From a virus (lineage: Duplodnaviria > Heunggongvirae > Uroviricota > Caudoviricetes), in IMG/VR virus record IMGVR_UViG_3300002498_000057: DNA of 64,000 nucleotides; one strand, 5' to 3'. Made by a program: the position numbers and the translations under genes. The number at the start of each line of letters is the position of its first letter. The first letter of the stretch is position 1. This document shows, one piece after another, positions 22,950 through 30,852 of this stretch. The notes beneath the pieces were generated by a model. That model made no database searches, was not told where the DNA came from, and saw only the letters and a program-made list of their open reading frames with translations.

Positions 22950-23231
22950 ATGAAATATTCAAAAGTAGTTAAAAAGATGATTGAAAAGTTTGAAAAAGAG
23001 TGTCAAGAAATATTAGAAGACAAGAGTTTTACCTTAATGTATCGTATTGAAACTGATGGTGATAATGATATTCTTTATGTAGATGCTGATCTTTATGATG
23101 TTTTTACTTATGGATACGCAGATTTTAAATTTGGAAGTAAGCTATACACTGAAATTAATGAAGCTCTTGATAAATTAAATGTTGTGCTTGAAGATCAAGG
23201 TGGTGGAGTTTTTAAGTTTTTTAAAGTATAA
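22950..23231 (+). CDS. hypothetical protein
   Basis: ORF with SD GAGGT, TAA stop. Confidence 0.5.
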   Translation: MKYSKVVKKMIEKFEKECQEILEDKSFTLMYRIETDGDNDILYVDADLYDVFTYGYADFKFGSKLYTEINEALDKLNVVLEDQGGGVFKFFKV

Positions 23232-23435
23232 AAAAGAGGTTATAAAAAATGAAATGTGTATATGATCCAACATCAGGAAATATTTATCGTATGACTAACC
23301 GACAAGCAAAATATATTATTTTAAAATATGGTAAAGATGGTGTTAAGTATATTTCTAAGTCTATATGGAAAGAGACTGGAAGAAAAACTGAAGCTAATCG
23401 TATTAATGGAATGTATAGATAAAATAAGCTTTAAT

Positions 23436-23511
23436 GCCCAGATATGCAAGCAGGAAAAGCAGATACACTTAGGATGTATTGATTTTGCAGGTTCGACTCC
23501 TGTTCTGGGTA
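23436..23511 (+). tRNA. class-I tRNA with Leu-type anticodon UAG
   Basis: Acceptor GCCCAGA/TCTGGGT, anticodon stem ATACA/TGTAT, loop CTTAGGA, short variable region, T-arm GCAGG-TTCGACT-CCTGT, discriminator A, CCA encoded. Confidence 0.7.
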
Positions 23512-23543
23512 CCATTATTTAAGATACGGATAATAGTTATAAT

Positions 23544-23616
23544 GGCCATGTAGCCCAACGGAAGAGGCAATCGGTTTAAGCCCGATATAGTGTTGGTTCG
23601 AATCCATCCATGGCTA
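23544..23616 (+). tRNA. class-I tRNA with Leu-type anticodon UAA (copy 1)
   Basis: Acceptor GGCCATG/CATGGCT, anticodon stem ATCGG/CCGAT, loop TTTAAGC, short variable loop, discriminator A, no CCA. Confidence 0.65.
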
Positions 23617-23627
23617 ATGTTTTTAAA

Positions 23628-23722
23628 ATATTATAGTTGATCTTTGGTGGAGAGTTGATCACTCTTAGATATTTCGTTAATATCGTGGAAATGTAGTAGT
23701 TTGAATCTATACTATAGTATTT
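23628..23722 (+). repeat. repeat family R2, copy b
   Basis: Paralog of 19105-19197. Confidence 0.35.
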
Positions 23723-23739
23723 TAAATTTTATAATAAGT

Positions 23740-23905
23740 ATATAAAAGTGTTTTGCAGTTTTGAGCATACGGTAAAGAAAGAGATAGGGAATAGTTCGTG
23801 GAATAGTATTGAGGGTTATCAATACTATGAACACCACGATCTCCACGTGGATTCAGTATATGAGATAGACCTATTCGCTTCATAATAAAACTGCAAATAC
23901 TTTTA
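23740..23905 (+). ncRNA. structured RNA candidate closed by a long-range stem
   Basis: 5' GTGTTTTGCAGTTTTGAG pairs with 3' AAAACTGCAAATAC; internal hairpins ATAGTATTG-AGGGTTAT-CAATACTAT and CCACG-ATCTC-CACGTGG. Confidence 0.3.
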
Positions 23906-24170
23906 TAAATAATCATAAGTATATAGTTGTGTTTTAAAATAATAAAGATGTTGTCTCATTCCACTTTAGTGTGGAATCTTGCTACCAAGACAGCGTATTA
24001 AGGGATGCATCTTATATGTATATGTCGAATGCTTTGGCACCATCACTACATATTGGTACGCTTGAGGAATGTATCGTTACTAGGTTGGAGTAGCTCTCCA
24101 GGAAACCGAAATTCGACCTTAGCTTAGGCTAGTAGTAAAACAATATCTTTATTATTATTTATTTGTAAAT

Positions 24171-24245
24171 GCCACAGTAGTTCTAATTGCGTAGAACATT
24201 GGTGTGAAGTACCAAGTGTTACTGGTTCGAGTCCAGTCTGTGGCA
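24171..24245 (+). tRNA. tRNA-Phe(GAA), second copy
   Basis: Acceptor GCCACAG/CTGTGGC, D-stem GTTC/GAAC, anticodon stem TTGGT/ACCAA, loop GTGAAGT, T-loop TTCGAGT. Confidence 0.8.
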
Positions 24246-24268
24246 CAATATTTTATACAAATATTTAT

Positions 24269-24342
24269 ATTCACATAGCTCAGTTGAATAGAGCAAATGT
24301 CTTCTAAACATTAAGTCGTTGGTTTGAGTCCAACTGGGAATA
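24269..24342 (+). tRNA. tRNA-Arg(UCU), second copy
   Basis: About 90% identical to the 19206 copy; anticodon loop CTTCTAA, CCA encoded. Confidence 0.8.
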
Positions 24343-24358
24343 CCAATTTATGTTATAT

Positions 24359-24441
24359 GGGCAGATGGCTGAGTGGTTAAAGGCGCTGGGCTGTAAACCC
24401 AGTCTCGCAAGAGTCCGGAGGTTCGAACCCTTCTCTGCCCA
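24359..24441 (+). tRNA. tRNA-Tyr(GUA), class II
   Basis: Acceptor GGGCAGA/TCTGCCC, anticodon stem CTGGG/CCCAG, loop CTGTAAA, long variable arm TCTCGCAAGAGTCC, CCA encoded. Confidence 0.85.
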
Positions 24442-24467
24442 CCAATATTCTATAAGGAGTTATAGCA

Positions 24468-24674
24468 ATGAAGAAACAGCTTTGTGAATTAGACATCGAT
24501 AATCATTCAATTATGCCAGATGAAGCTGCATATAATTTTTTCTATGTAAGTGGACCAGTATGTGATAAATGTAAAAAAGTATTATCCATGGAGACCACTG
24601 GTTATATAGATGATTGGAGTCATTTAATTTGTTTAACACATGGAACAAGATTTAGTTTTAAGTTGAAGAAATAA
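24468..24674 (+). CDS. hypothetical small Cys-containing protein
   Basis: ORF with SD TAAGGAG. Confidence 0.4.
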   Translation: MKKQLCELDIDNHSIMPDEAAYNFFYVSGPVCDKCKKVLSMETTGYIDDWSHLICLTHGTRFSFKLKK

Positions 24675-24680
24675 GGAGTT

Positions 24681-24890
24681 ATGATAATGAAAAAAATTGC
24701 ACTTGTGGTACTAGGATGGTTGTCGAGTGTAGGAGTGATAGTGGTTTTATATTGGGTTGGATTAATGCTAGGTATAGTTGACTACGCGGCGACAAATGGT
24801 AGTTATAGTATTATTGTGAAGGTGGTAATTATACTTACTGCCCTTGGATATCACAGCATATACAGGAATACCATTACTAAAAAAATTTAA
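24681..24890 (+). CDS. hypothetical small membrane protein
   Basis: ORF with SD AAGGAG; hydrophobic. Confidence 0.4.
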   Translation: MIMKKIALVVLGWLSSVGVIVVLYWVGLMLGIVDYAATNGSYSIIVKVVIILTALGYHSIYRNTITKKI

Positions 24891-24918
24891 TTGAGATAGA
24901 GATAGTTAATGAATATAG

Positions 24919-25011
24919 CTTATAGTGGTGTAACAACAGGTAAACACGACTAGTAGTAATTACTAGTTGATAGCAATAGTTATTGTGCAAGTTCGAATCT
25001 TGTCTATAAGT
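24919..25011 (+). tRNA. class-II-like tRNA-like element with non-canonical anticodon loop
   Basis: Perfect acceptor CTTATAG/CTATAAG and T-arm GCAAG-TTCGAAT-CTTGT; extra arm CAAT-AGTT-ATTG; anticodon region ACTAGTA-GTAAT-TACTAGT lacks U33. Confidence 0.35.
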
Positions 25012-25191
25012 TATATATTATATCCATAAGGACATTACCAAAGATCTAGTAGTGTAGCCTATATGAATGCGTAGGATAGGTGGGAGTTGATGATACTGGT
25101 TAGCCGAAACGGTGGGCTAAGAAATTCGCCAGAGCCAGAGTAGACGTTGTTGAAATACCACCCTTTCGTATAATGGATATAATTTTTTCAA

Positions 25192-25277
25192 GTACCTGTG
25201 ACAGAATGGTTAATGTGGCAGTCTGCAAAACTGTTGAGGTGAAAGCTTCATTGTAGGTTCAAATCCTATCAGGTACT
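25192..25277 (+). tRNA. class-II (long variable arm) tRNA carrying Cys anticodon GCA
   Basis: Acceptor GTACCTG/CAGGTAC, anticodon stem GCAGT/ACTGT, loop CTGCAAA, variable arm TGAGG-TGAAAG-CTTCA, T-arm GTAGG-TTCAAAT-CCTAT, discriminator U, CCA encoded. Confidence 0.6.
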
Positions 25278-25283
25278 CCAAAT

Positions 25284-25498
25284 TGACTCATTGGTGGAAT
25301 GTAAAGACACTAAGAGATTGAGTACAGGAATTGTAAATCCCAAGGCTCATGTTAAAGTTAACTACATACTAAGTGAATTATCTGGAAAGCTGCAATTTTA
25401 CAACGGAGATAATTTACGAAAGTTTAACAGAGCAGTTACTGTTGTTAAACTGAATGTCGGAATGTTAACTATACAGGTTCAAATCCTGTATGAGTCAA
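25284..25498 (+). ncRNA. 215-nt tRNA-like RNA: canonical acceptor stem and T-arm enclosing a ~150-nt insertion
   Basis: TGACTCA/TGAGTCA acceptor, D-arm GGTG-GAATGTAAAGA-CACT, T-arm TACAGG-TTCAAAT-CCTGTA; structured interior. Confidence 0.4.
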
Positions 25499-25529
25499 AT
25501 TTATTGAGACTTTTTTAAAATTATTATGT

Positions 25530-25656
25530 ATAACCATAGCTCAATGGAGAGCCCTAGACGGATAATCTAGGTGACACTTAATGGGTGAGTTTGGAGATAT
25601 CACGTGTAATGCTCCAGTAAATCTCATTTGTGTTGGTTCAAGTCCAACTGGTTATA
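25530..25656 (+). tRNA. tRNA-Ile(GAU)-like with G33 and a ~64-nt structured insertion in the variable region
   Basis: Acceptor ATAACCA/TGGTTAT, D-arm GCTC-AATGGA-GAGC, anticodon stem CTAGA/TCTAG, loop CGGATAA, T-arm GTTGG-TTCAAGT-CCAAC. Confidence 0.45.
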
Positions 25657-25669
25657 CTTATCGCTTTAT

Positions 25670-25753
25670 GCTGCTGTGGCGAAATTGGCATCCGCGCTAG
25701 ACTTAGGATCTAGTGTCCGAAAGGACTTGATGGTTCGACTCCATTCAGCAGTA
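25670..25753 (+). tRNA. tRNA-Leu(UAG), canonical class II
   Basis: Acceptor GCTGCTG/CAGCAGT, anticodon stem CTAGA/TCTAG, loop CTTAGGA, variable arm GTCC-GAAA-GGAC, discriminator A, CCA encoded. Confidence 0.85.
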
Positions 25754-25919
25754 CCAACTTATCACTTTAATAGAGTGATACCAGATCAAATATGGTTTAA
25801 AAAGTTAATATAGAATGACTCTCTATAGATTGCTTAGTTTTCCAGCAAGTTATTCTTTTAGGAGAATCTTATTCATTTCTAGTCAAGGTGAATAATACGA
25901 CAGTGCAAAAAACTTTTAT

Positions 25920-25993
25920 AAGGGTGTCGGTTAATGGTTGACCAACAGTCTCCAAAACTGTATTTAATGCAGGTTCGACTCCTGTTCTGGGTA
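25920..25993 (+). tRNA. tRNA-Trp(CCA)-like, probable pseudogene/chimera (acceptor stem cannot pair)
   Basis: D-arm GGTT-AATGGTT-GACC, anticodon stem ACAGT/ACTGT, loop CTCCAAA. 3' 30 nt GCAGGTTCGACTCCTGTTCTGGGTACCA identical to the 3' end of the 23436 tRNA, but the 5' strand AAGGGTG is not complementary. Confidence 0.45.
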
Positions 25994-26035
25994 CCATTAT
26001 TTAAAATATGCAAAATTGTGCATAATAGCTATAGA

Positions 26036-26110
26036 GGACGTGTATCCCAATTGGAAGAGGAAACAAGTTTAAGCCTTGTACAGGTGTGGGTTCAACTCCC
26101 ACCACGTCTA
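26036..26110 (+). tRNA. class-I tRNA with Leu-type anticodon UAA (copy 2)
   Basis: Acceptor GGACGTG/CACGTCT, anticodon stem ACAAG/CTTGT, loop TTTAAGC, T-arm GTGGG-TTCAACT-CCCAC, CCA encoded. Confidence 0.65.
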
Positions 26111-26156
26111 CCAAAATTCAAAGTAAACAAATAAATACACCAACGAGGTAAACAAA

Positions 26157-26447
26157 ATGGCAAATAAGCAAATATTCAAAATTGCCACAATAGATAAAAA
26201 GTGGTTTGCTATTCTGCACTTAAATTGGGCTAACGCAGATCATTGCCCAATATGTGGAACTAAATGGGTATATGGAGATTGTTCACAGGTTTATTCTGAA
26301 TTACCAATAGATAGGGGTAAAGTTAGACTAGACGGCTTTGAATGGATAGTTATACCTTTATCATGTGAGCATGGATTTAATTTATGTAAATCTGGTATTG
26401 GTATGAAAAATGTTGGTGGATTTATTTTAAAGAGAAACACGGTGTAA
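26157..26447 (+). CDS. hypothetical Cys/His-rich protein
   Basis: ORF with SD GAGGT. Confidence 0.4.
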   Translation: MANKQIFKIATIDKKWFAILHLNWANADHCPICGTKWVYGDCSQVYSELPIDRGKVRLDGFEWIVIPLSCEHGFNLCKSGIGMKNVGGFILKRNTV

Positions 26448-26599
26448 AATGAACTAGGTTATTAATAAACCTTGGGGAAATTATTAGACTTTATGTTAGT
26501 GTGATAAATATAAAATTAAAAAGATAGTAGTTACACCAAATCAACAATTATCTTATCAGTCGCATAAATATCGCAATTAGCATTGAATCGTAATATAGG

Positions 26600-26791
26600 G
26601 TGAGGGAACTCTTAGACTTGAAGATATATATAACCTTAGATGAGAATAGTACTCAGTATATACCAGTAACCACTAAACATTCTATTAAGAATATATTGAA
26701 CTCAGATTTAGTATTTATTGAAATTCAAACTGGTACATCATTTGATGAAGATGATATTATTAGATTTGAAGATGCTTATGGAAGAATATAA
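26600..26791 (+). CDS. hypothetical small acidic protein
   Basis: ORF, TAA stop. Confidence 0.3.
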   Translation: MRELLDLKIYITLDENSTQYIPVTTKHSIKNILNSDLVFIEIQTGTSFDEDDIIRFEDAYGRI

Positions 26792-26802
26792 AGGAAAATA
26801 TA

Positions 26803-27195
26803 ATGAAAGATGCATATAAAAATGAATGCCACTATATTTATAATCTAAATGACAAAACACCACCTAATTGTGAGACAAATCCATTCAAAGTTGGTGACAT
26901 AGTAAGACTTGTAAATACAGGGCAATGGGGCGAACATAATTTATATAGTTATAGGTTTGAAGATGTATTCCTTATGGATCAATTATATAGAGTGGATAAT
27001 ACAATACATGCAGTTAAAGCAGTTGGACCGCTCTCTATACGACTTGAAACAGGTTATTGGTATTTCTGGAGAACATTTGAGCTTTTTAATGAAACGGTAT
27101 CACATTGTTGGAGCTGTGATAGATACTTTTATAGTGATGTAAATATGTGTAGATGTGGAAGACCTACTGTAAAAAGAAAGAATAATGAAGGATAA
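26803..27195 (+). CDS. hypothetical Cys-rich protein
   Basis: ORF with SD AAGGAA. Confidence 0.4.
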   Translation: MKDAYKNECHYIYNLNDKTPPNCETNPFKVGDIVRLVNTGQWGEHNLYSYRFEDVFLMDQLYRVDNTIHAVKAVGPLSIRLETGYWYFWRTFELFNETVSHCWSCDRYFYSDVNMCRCGRPTVKRKNNEG

Positions 27196-27232
27196 AATAG
27201 ATAAGTTTTTAGAATATATCTAGGATGTAGTG

Positions 27233-27287
27233 TAACAGTAACACGGGCGGTTTGGGGCCGCTCATAGCCGTGCAAATCGGACATCCT
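27233..27287 (+). tRNA. tRNA-Pro(UGG)-like with reduced D and T arms
   Basis: GGATGT/ACATCC acceptor, anticodon stem GGCGG/CCGCT, loop TTTGGGG; T-loop TGCAAAT lacks TTC. Confidence 0.35.
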
Positions 27288-27321
27288 AGACCATTTATTA
27301 ACAAGCGCTTACAGAATTTAT

Positions 27322-27395
27322 ACTGTTGTAGCATAATGGTTAATGCACTCGGCTGATATCCGAGAGATTTAGTGATTCGAGCTCACTCAACAGTA
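27322..27395 (+). tRNA. tRNA-Ile(GAU)
   Basis: Acceptor ACTGTTG/CAACAGT, D-arm GCAT-AATGGTTA-ATGC, anticodon loop CTGATAT, T-arm AGTGA-TTCGAGC-TCACT, CCA encoded. Confidence 0.85.
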
Positions 27396-27407
27396 CCATA
27401 GTTTTAA

Positions 27408-27478
27408 GAGGAATTGGTATATAGGTTGTGCCCAAGCCTTCCAAGTTTGAGAAATCAGTTCGAATCTGATATTCCTCT
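27408..27478 (+). tRNA. tRNA-Gly(UCC)
   Basis: Acceptor GAGGAAT/ATTCCTC, anticodon stem CAAGC/GTTTG, loop CTTCCAA, discriminator U, CCA encoded. Confidence 0.8.
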
Positions 27479-27490
27479 CCAATATTTTAA

Positions 27491-27562
27491 TCTGGTGTAG
27501 CTAAATGGTCTAGCGCCAAGCTGTTAACTTGGATTATAAGAGTTCAAATCTCTTCACCAGAG
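27491..27562 (+). tRNA. tRNA-Asn(GUU)
   Basis: Acceptor TCTGGTG/CACCAGA, anticodon stem CCAAG/CTTGG, loop CTGTTAA, discriminator G, CCA encoded. Confidence 0.85.
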
Positions 27563-27586
27563 CCATTATTTTTAATATACTAATGT

Positions 27587-27670
27587 ACCGTAGCACCAGA
27601 GATGGGGATCTGGGCGAGATTGTAGCTCTCGTGCTCTAGGGCTTAGTAGGTTCGAATCCTATCTGCGGTA
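27587..27670 (+). tRNA. tRNA-Tyr(GUA), second copy (class II)
   Basis: Acceptor ACCGTAG/CTGCGGT, D-stem CCAG/CTGG, anticodon stem CGAGA/TCTCG, loop TTGTAGC, 14-nt variable arm, CCA encoded. Confidence 0.75.
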
Positions 27671-27802
27671 CCAATACTTGTTGATGTTAGTCAGTTAACT
27701 AGATATGATATTATTTAAATAATATATAATTAAAAAACATAAAAATATTTTAATAAAAATTATTTTTCTCCATATATATTAATATATAATCAAGGAGAAA
27801 AA

Positions 27803-28405
27803 ATGAAAGCAAAAGAAGTATTACAAATATTAAGAATTACAAGACCGACATTAACAAAATATGTTAGATAGGGTTGAATTAAAGTTTAGTAGTTGCCAAG
27901 TAAAAGATACATATATAATGATGAATCTGTTTATAAATTAATGAATAACAATATAGATAGAAAAACTGTAATATACGGAAGAGTTTCAACTAAATCACAG
28001 AAAAAAGATTTATAGAATCAAATGTAGTTATTAAAGCAATATTGCTTTAATAATGGATACCAGATAAATGCGGTATATTCTGATATTGCATCTGGTATTG
28101 ACTTTTCAAATAGAGTATAGTTTTTTAATTTATTAGATTAGATTATTAGTGGTAAGATAAAAAAAGTTATAATTACATATAAAGATAGGTTAAGTAGAAT
28201 TGGATTTTCATTTTTTGAAAAATTTTTTAAAAAATATGATTGTAAGATATAGGTAATTTCTTAGTTAAATAATCATAAATTATAGAGTTAGTAGATATTT
28301 GAATAGATAATAAGTTTAATTCATTGTTTTTCAATGAAAATATATAGTAAAAGAAAATCTAATAATACTATTATAATAAGTACTAATAGTTAGGATATAA
28401 AATAA
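27803..28405 (+). CDS. tnpA: IS607-type serine recombinase TnpA (recoded)
   Basis: N-terminal MerR-like HTH MKAKEVLQILRITRPTLTKYVR; catalytic YGRVSTKSQKKDL; VIITYKDRLSRIGFSFFEKF; SD AAGGAG. Confidence 0.75.
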
Positions 28406-28459
28406 CTCTTGATTAAAACATAGATTATTCAATGTAAATTTAATTTTTAGATAGATAAT

Positions 28460-29623
28460 ATGTTATTTATATCTAAGAATTTATACAATTATGCTAATTA
28501 TATAATTAGGCAGTAGTTTATAAATAATAGAAAATGAATAAGATATAATTAGTTATACCGTCTAGTTAAATAGAACTAGAATTATAAAATATTACCAGCT
28601 CAGACTAGCCAACAAGTTTTAAAGTTATTAGATAAAAATTGAAAATCATTTTTTACTGCTATTAAATTATGAAGTAAAAATAAATCAAGCTTTACTGGTA
28701 AACCAAGTCTACCAAAATATAAGAAAAAAGATGGAAAAAATATTTTAATATATCCTTTTCAAAATATTTCTATAGACAAAGAAACAAATTAGATTAAAAT
28801 ACCAAAAACAAAGTATAAAATTAAAATATCTAATAGGTTGTTATCTTAGACTATTAAATTTAAATAGTTAAGAATAATACCAACAAATGTTGGATTTAAA
28901 TGTTAGATAATATATAATGATAATCAAGATTTTCAAAAACAAGAAGATAATAATAGATATTGTAGTATAGATTTAGGATTAAGTAACTTTTCTACATTAG
29001 TAAATAATTTCGGAACATTACCACCAATAATTATAAATGGAAAAACAATTAAATCCTTTAATCGATATTATAATAAAAAGTTATCTAAATTACAGTCTAA
29101 ACTTTCATAGGAAAATAAATTTGTGTCAAAAAGAACACAGAGGTTAACTCAAAAAAGAGGTAATAAAATTAAAGATTCACTTCATAAAATTTCAAAATAC
29201 ATTCAAAATTATTGTGTAGATTTAGATGTATCAAGAGTAATAATGGGATACAATAAACAATGAAAAACAGATATTAATCTTGGTAAAAAGATAAATCAAA
29301 AATTTGTACAAGTTCCATATAATACTTTTTTAAATATGTTAAAGTATAAATTATATGATATTGGAATAATTTTAGAAATTACAGAAGAATCTTATACAAG
29401 TAAATGTTCTTTCTTAGATAAAGAAAAAATATGTAAACATACGTAGTATCAAGGAAGTAGAATTAAACGCGGTATATTTAAAACAAAATAGAACAAATAT
29501 ATAAATGCTGATGTTAATGGTAGTTATAACATCATAAGAAAAGTAATCGGTGATGATATTTATAATAATATCCAATCGATATAGGGATTGGTGTTAAACC
29601 CAGTTAGACTAAATATAGTTTAA
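28460..29623 (+). CDS. tnpB: IS607-type TnpB (recoded)
   Basis: LPAQTSQQVLKLLDKNWKSFF (W=TGA), SIDLGLSNFSTL (RuvC-I), IMGYNKQWKTDINLGKKINQKFVQVPY (W=TGA), EESYTSKCSF, INADVNGSYNIIRK. Confidence 0.75.
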
Positions 29624-29704
29624 TAAAGATTTTTAATAATGTTTAATAATATTAATAAAAATCATAACATTATAGAAAATTAAAAAGAATAAAATAAAAA
29701 TCAT

Positions 29705-29779
29705 GCCCGTGTAACTCAGTCTGGCTAGAGTATCTGCCCTTTAAGCAGAGAGTCATTGGTTCAAGTCCAATTACGGGTA
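29705..29779 (+). tRNA. tRNA-Lys(UUU) with C33
   Basis: Acceptor GCCCGTG/TACGGGT, D-arm ACTC-AGTCTGGCTA-GAGT, anticodon stem TCTGC/GCAGA, loop CCTTTAA, CCA encoded. Confidence 0.7.
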
Positions 29780-29793
29780 CCAGTTATATAATA

Positions 29794-29867
29794 GGGGTCT
29801 TAGTTTAATTGGTAAAACGTCTGTTTTGCAGGCAGAAGACGCATCGGTTCGATCCCGATAGGCTCCA
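29794..29867 (+). tRNA. tRNA-Ala(UGC)
   Basis: G3-U70 present, anticodon stem TCTGT/GCAGA, loop TTTGCAG, T-arm ATCGG-TTCGATC-CCGAT, discriminator A, CCA encoded. Confidence 0.9.
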
Positions 29868-29875
29868 CCATAGTT

Positions 29876-29914
29876 AAAAATAATTGTGATAATTTGTTTA
29901 AGATGTAGTATAAT
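29876..29914 (+). promoter_or_regulatory. conserved promoter motif copy 8
   Basis: TTGTGA 29884-29889, 19-nt spacer, TATAAT 29909-29914. Confidence 0.6.
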
Positions 29915-29942
29915 TTAATTAAATAAAATTGAGGTTATTAAA

Positions 29943-30152
29943 ATGAAAGATAGGTTTGAGCTTAAAGAACGCAGAACTGGTACTGAGTATGTCAATGACA
30001 CAAAAACTGGTAATAGTATTGATGTGCAAAAATCTAACAGCTCTGATGATGAATATACTGTTAAGATTGTCTGTCTATACGATTTGCTTAATATCTTGAA
30101 TGAAATGGAAAACAGGATTGCTAAATTGGAAAGTGATTCGAGTAACAAGTAA
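29943..30152 (+). CDS. hypothetical small protein
   Basis: ORF with SD GAGGT. Confidence 0.45.
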   Translation: MKDRFELKERRTGTEYVNDTKTGNSIDVQKSNSSDDEYTVKIVCLYDLLNILNEMENRIAKLESDSSNK

Positions 30153-30242
30153 TACGTGGTGTAATTGGTGTAATGGAAGCACACAAATCTGTGGAATTTG
30201 AGGCACCAGATCGTTACTGGTATTTCACCCCATTTATAGTGT

Positions 30243-30332
30243 GGAAGGGTCGCATAGTCTGGTTGAGTGCACTGAGCCTGAACCTCAGAGAGCGTGATGA
30301 GCGTTCCGTGGGTTCGAATCCCACCCCTTCTT
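30243..30332 (+). tRNA. tRNA-Ser(UGA), class II, with C33 and discriminator U
   Basis: Acceptor GGAAGGG/CCCTTCT, anticodon stem CTGAG/CTCAG, loop CCTGAAC, long variable arm AGAGCGTGATGAGCGTTCC, T-arm GTGGG-TTCGAAT-CCCAC. Confidence 0.75.
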
Positions 30333-30428
30333 CAGAATTAAATAATAAGGATATAAATAAAATTATAAAGACTAATAAACGTAAATAAGAAAGTATGAAC
30401 GAGTTAATGAATACTGGAAGAGGTTATA

Positions 30429-30632
30429 ATGACAACGAAACAATGTCAAAAAGTTAATGCAATAAAAACTACTACTGATTGGGTGTGTGAGTTAAAGAAA
30501 ACGCATGTATGTAGATTTATAGTAACTAAAGATAAATATGATAATAAAGAATTACATGAAGATGCTGATGCACTTAATAAATTATGTAAAAATTGCACAT
30601 TGGTTTTTGACCCTAATTGGAACTTATCTTAA
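30429..30632 (+). CDS. hypothetical small Cys-rich protein (paralog of 30853)
   Basis: MTTKQCQ...C...C..C; shared N-terminal MTT(K/E)(Q/K)CQ. Confidence 0.4.
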   Translation: MTTKQCQKVNAIKTTTDWVCELKKTHVCRFIVTKDKYDNKELHEDADALNKLCKNCTLVFDPNWNLS

Positions 30633-30852
30633 TTAAAGAATAGGAGTAAGTTATGTCAAAAAAGACAACAATAGTTACATTTACACAAGAGTAGTTAGTG
30701 GCTATAGTTAAGAAACATTTATTATCGATAGGATATAGTGAATATGACACTTTAATATTTGATTTAGCCACTATATGCGGACAAGGTTATATGGATCAAT
30801 CATATCAAGTGGTGAATGGGTTTAAAGTTATAAGTCATAGTGGAGTGAAATA

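Larger units (their letters stand above)
27790..29700 (+). mobile_element. IS607-family insertion sequence (tnpA serine recombinase + tnpB) inserted between tRNA-Tyr and tRNA-Lys
   Basis: Contiguous tnpA/tnpB pair flanked by tRNA genes; both genes use TAG and TGA as sense codons. Confidence 0.65.

Noticed and set aside
23941-24130. RNase P RNA in the structured intergenic stretch
   Set aside because: I could not find the conserved P4 sequences (AGGAAAGUCC, ACAGAACCCGGCUUA). It is kept only as an unclassified structured region.
23328-30388. Track ORFs 23321-23515, 23328-23522, 23722-23916, 25291-25518, 25628-25813, 25934-26134 and 30173-30388
   Set aside because: Each is built over tRNA genes or structured RNA. 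They have no RBS, and their sequences are dictated by tRNA stems.
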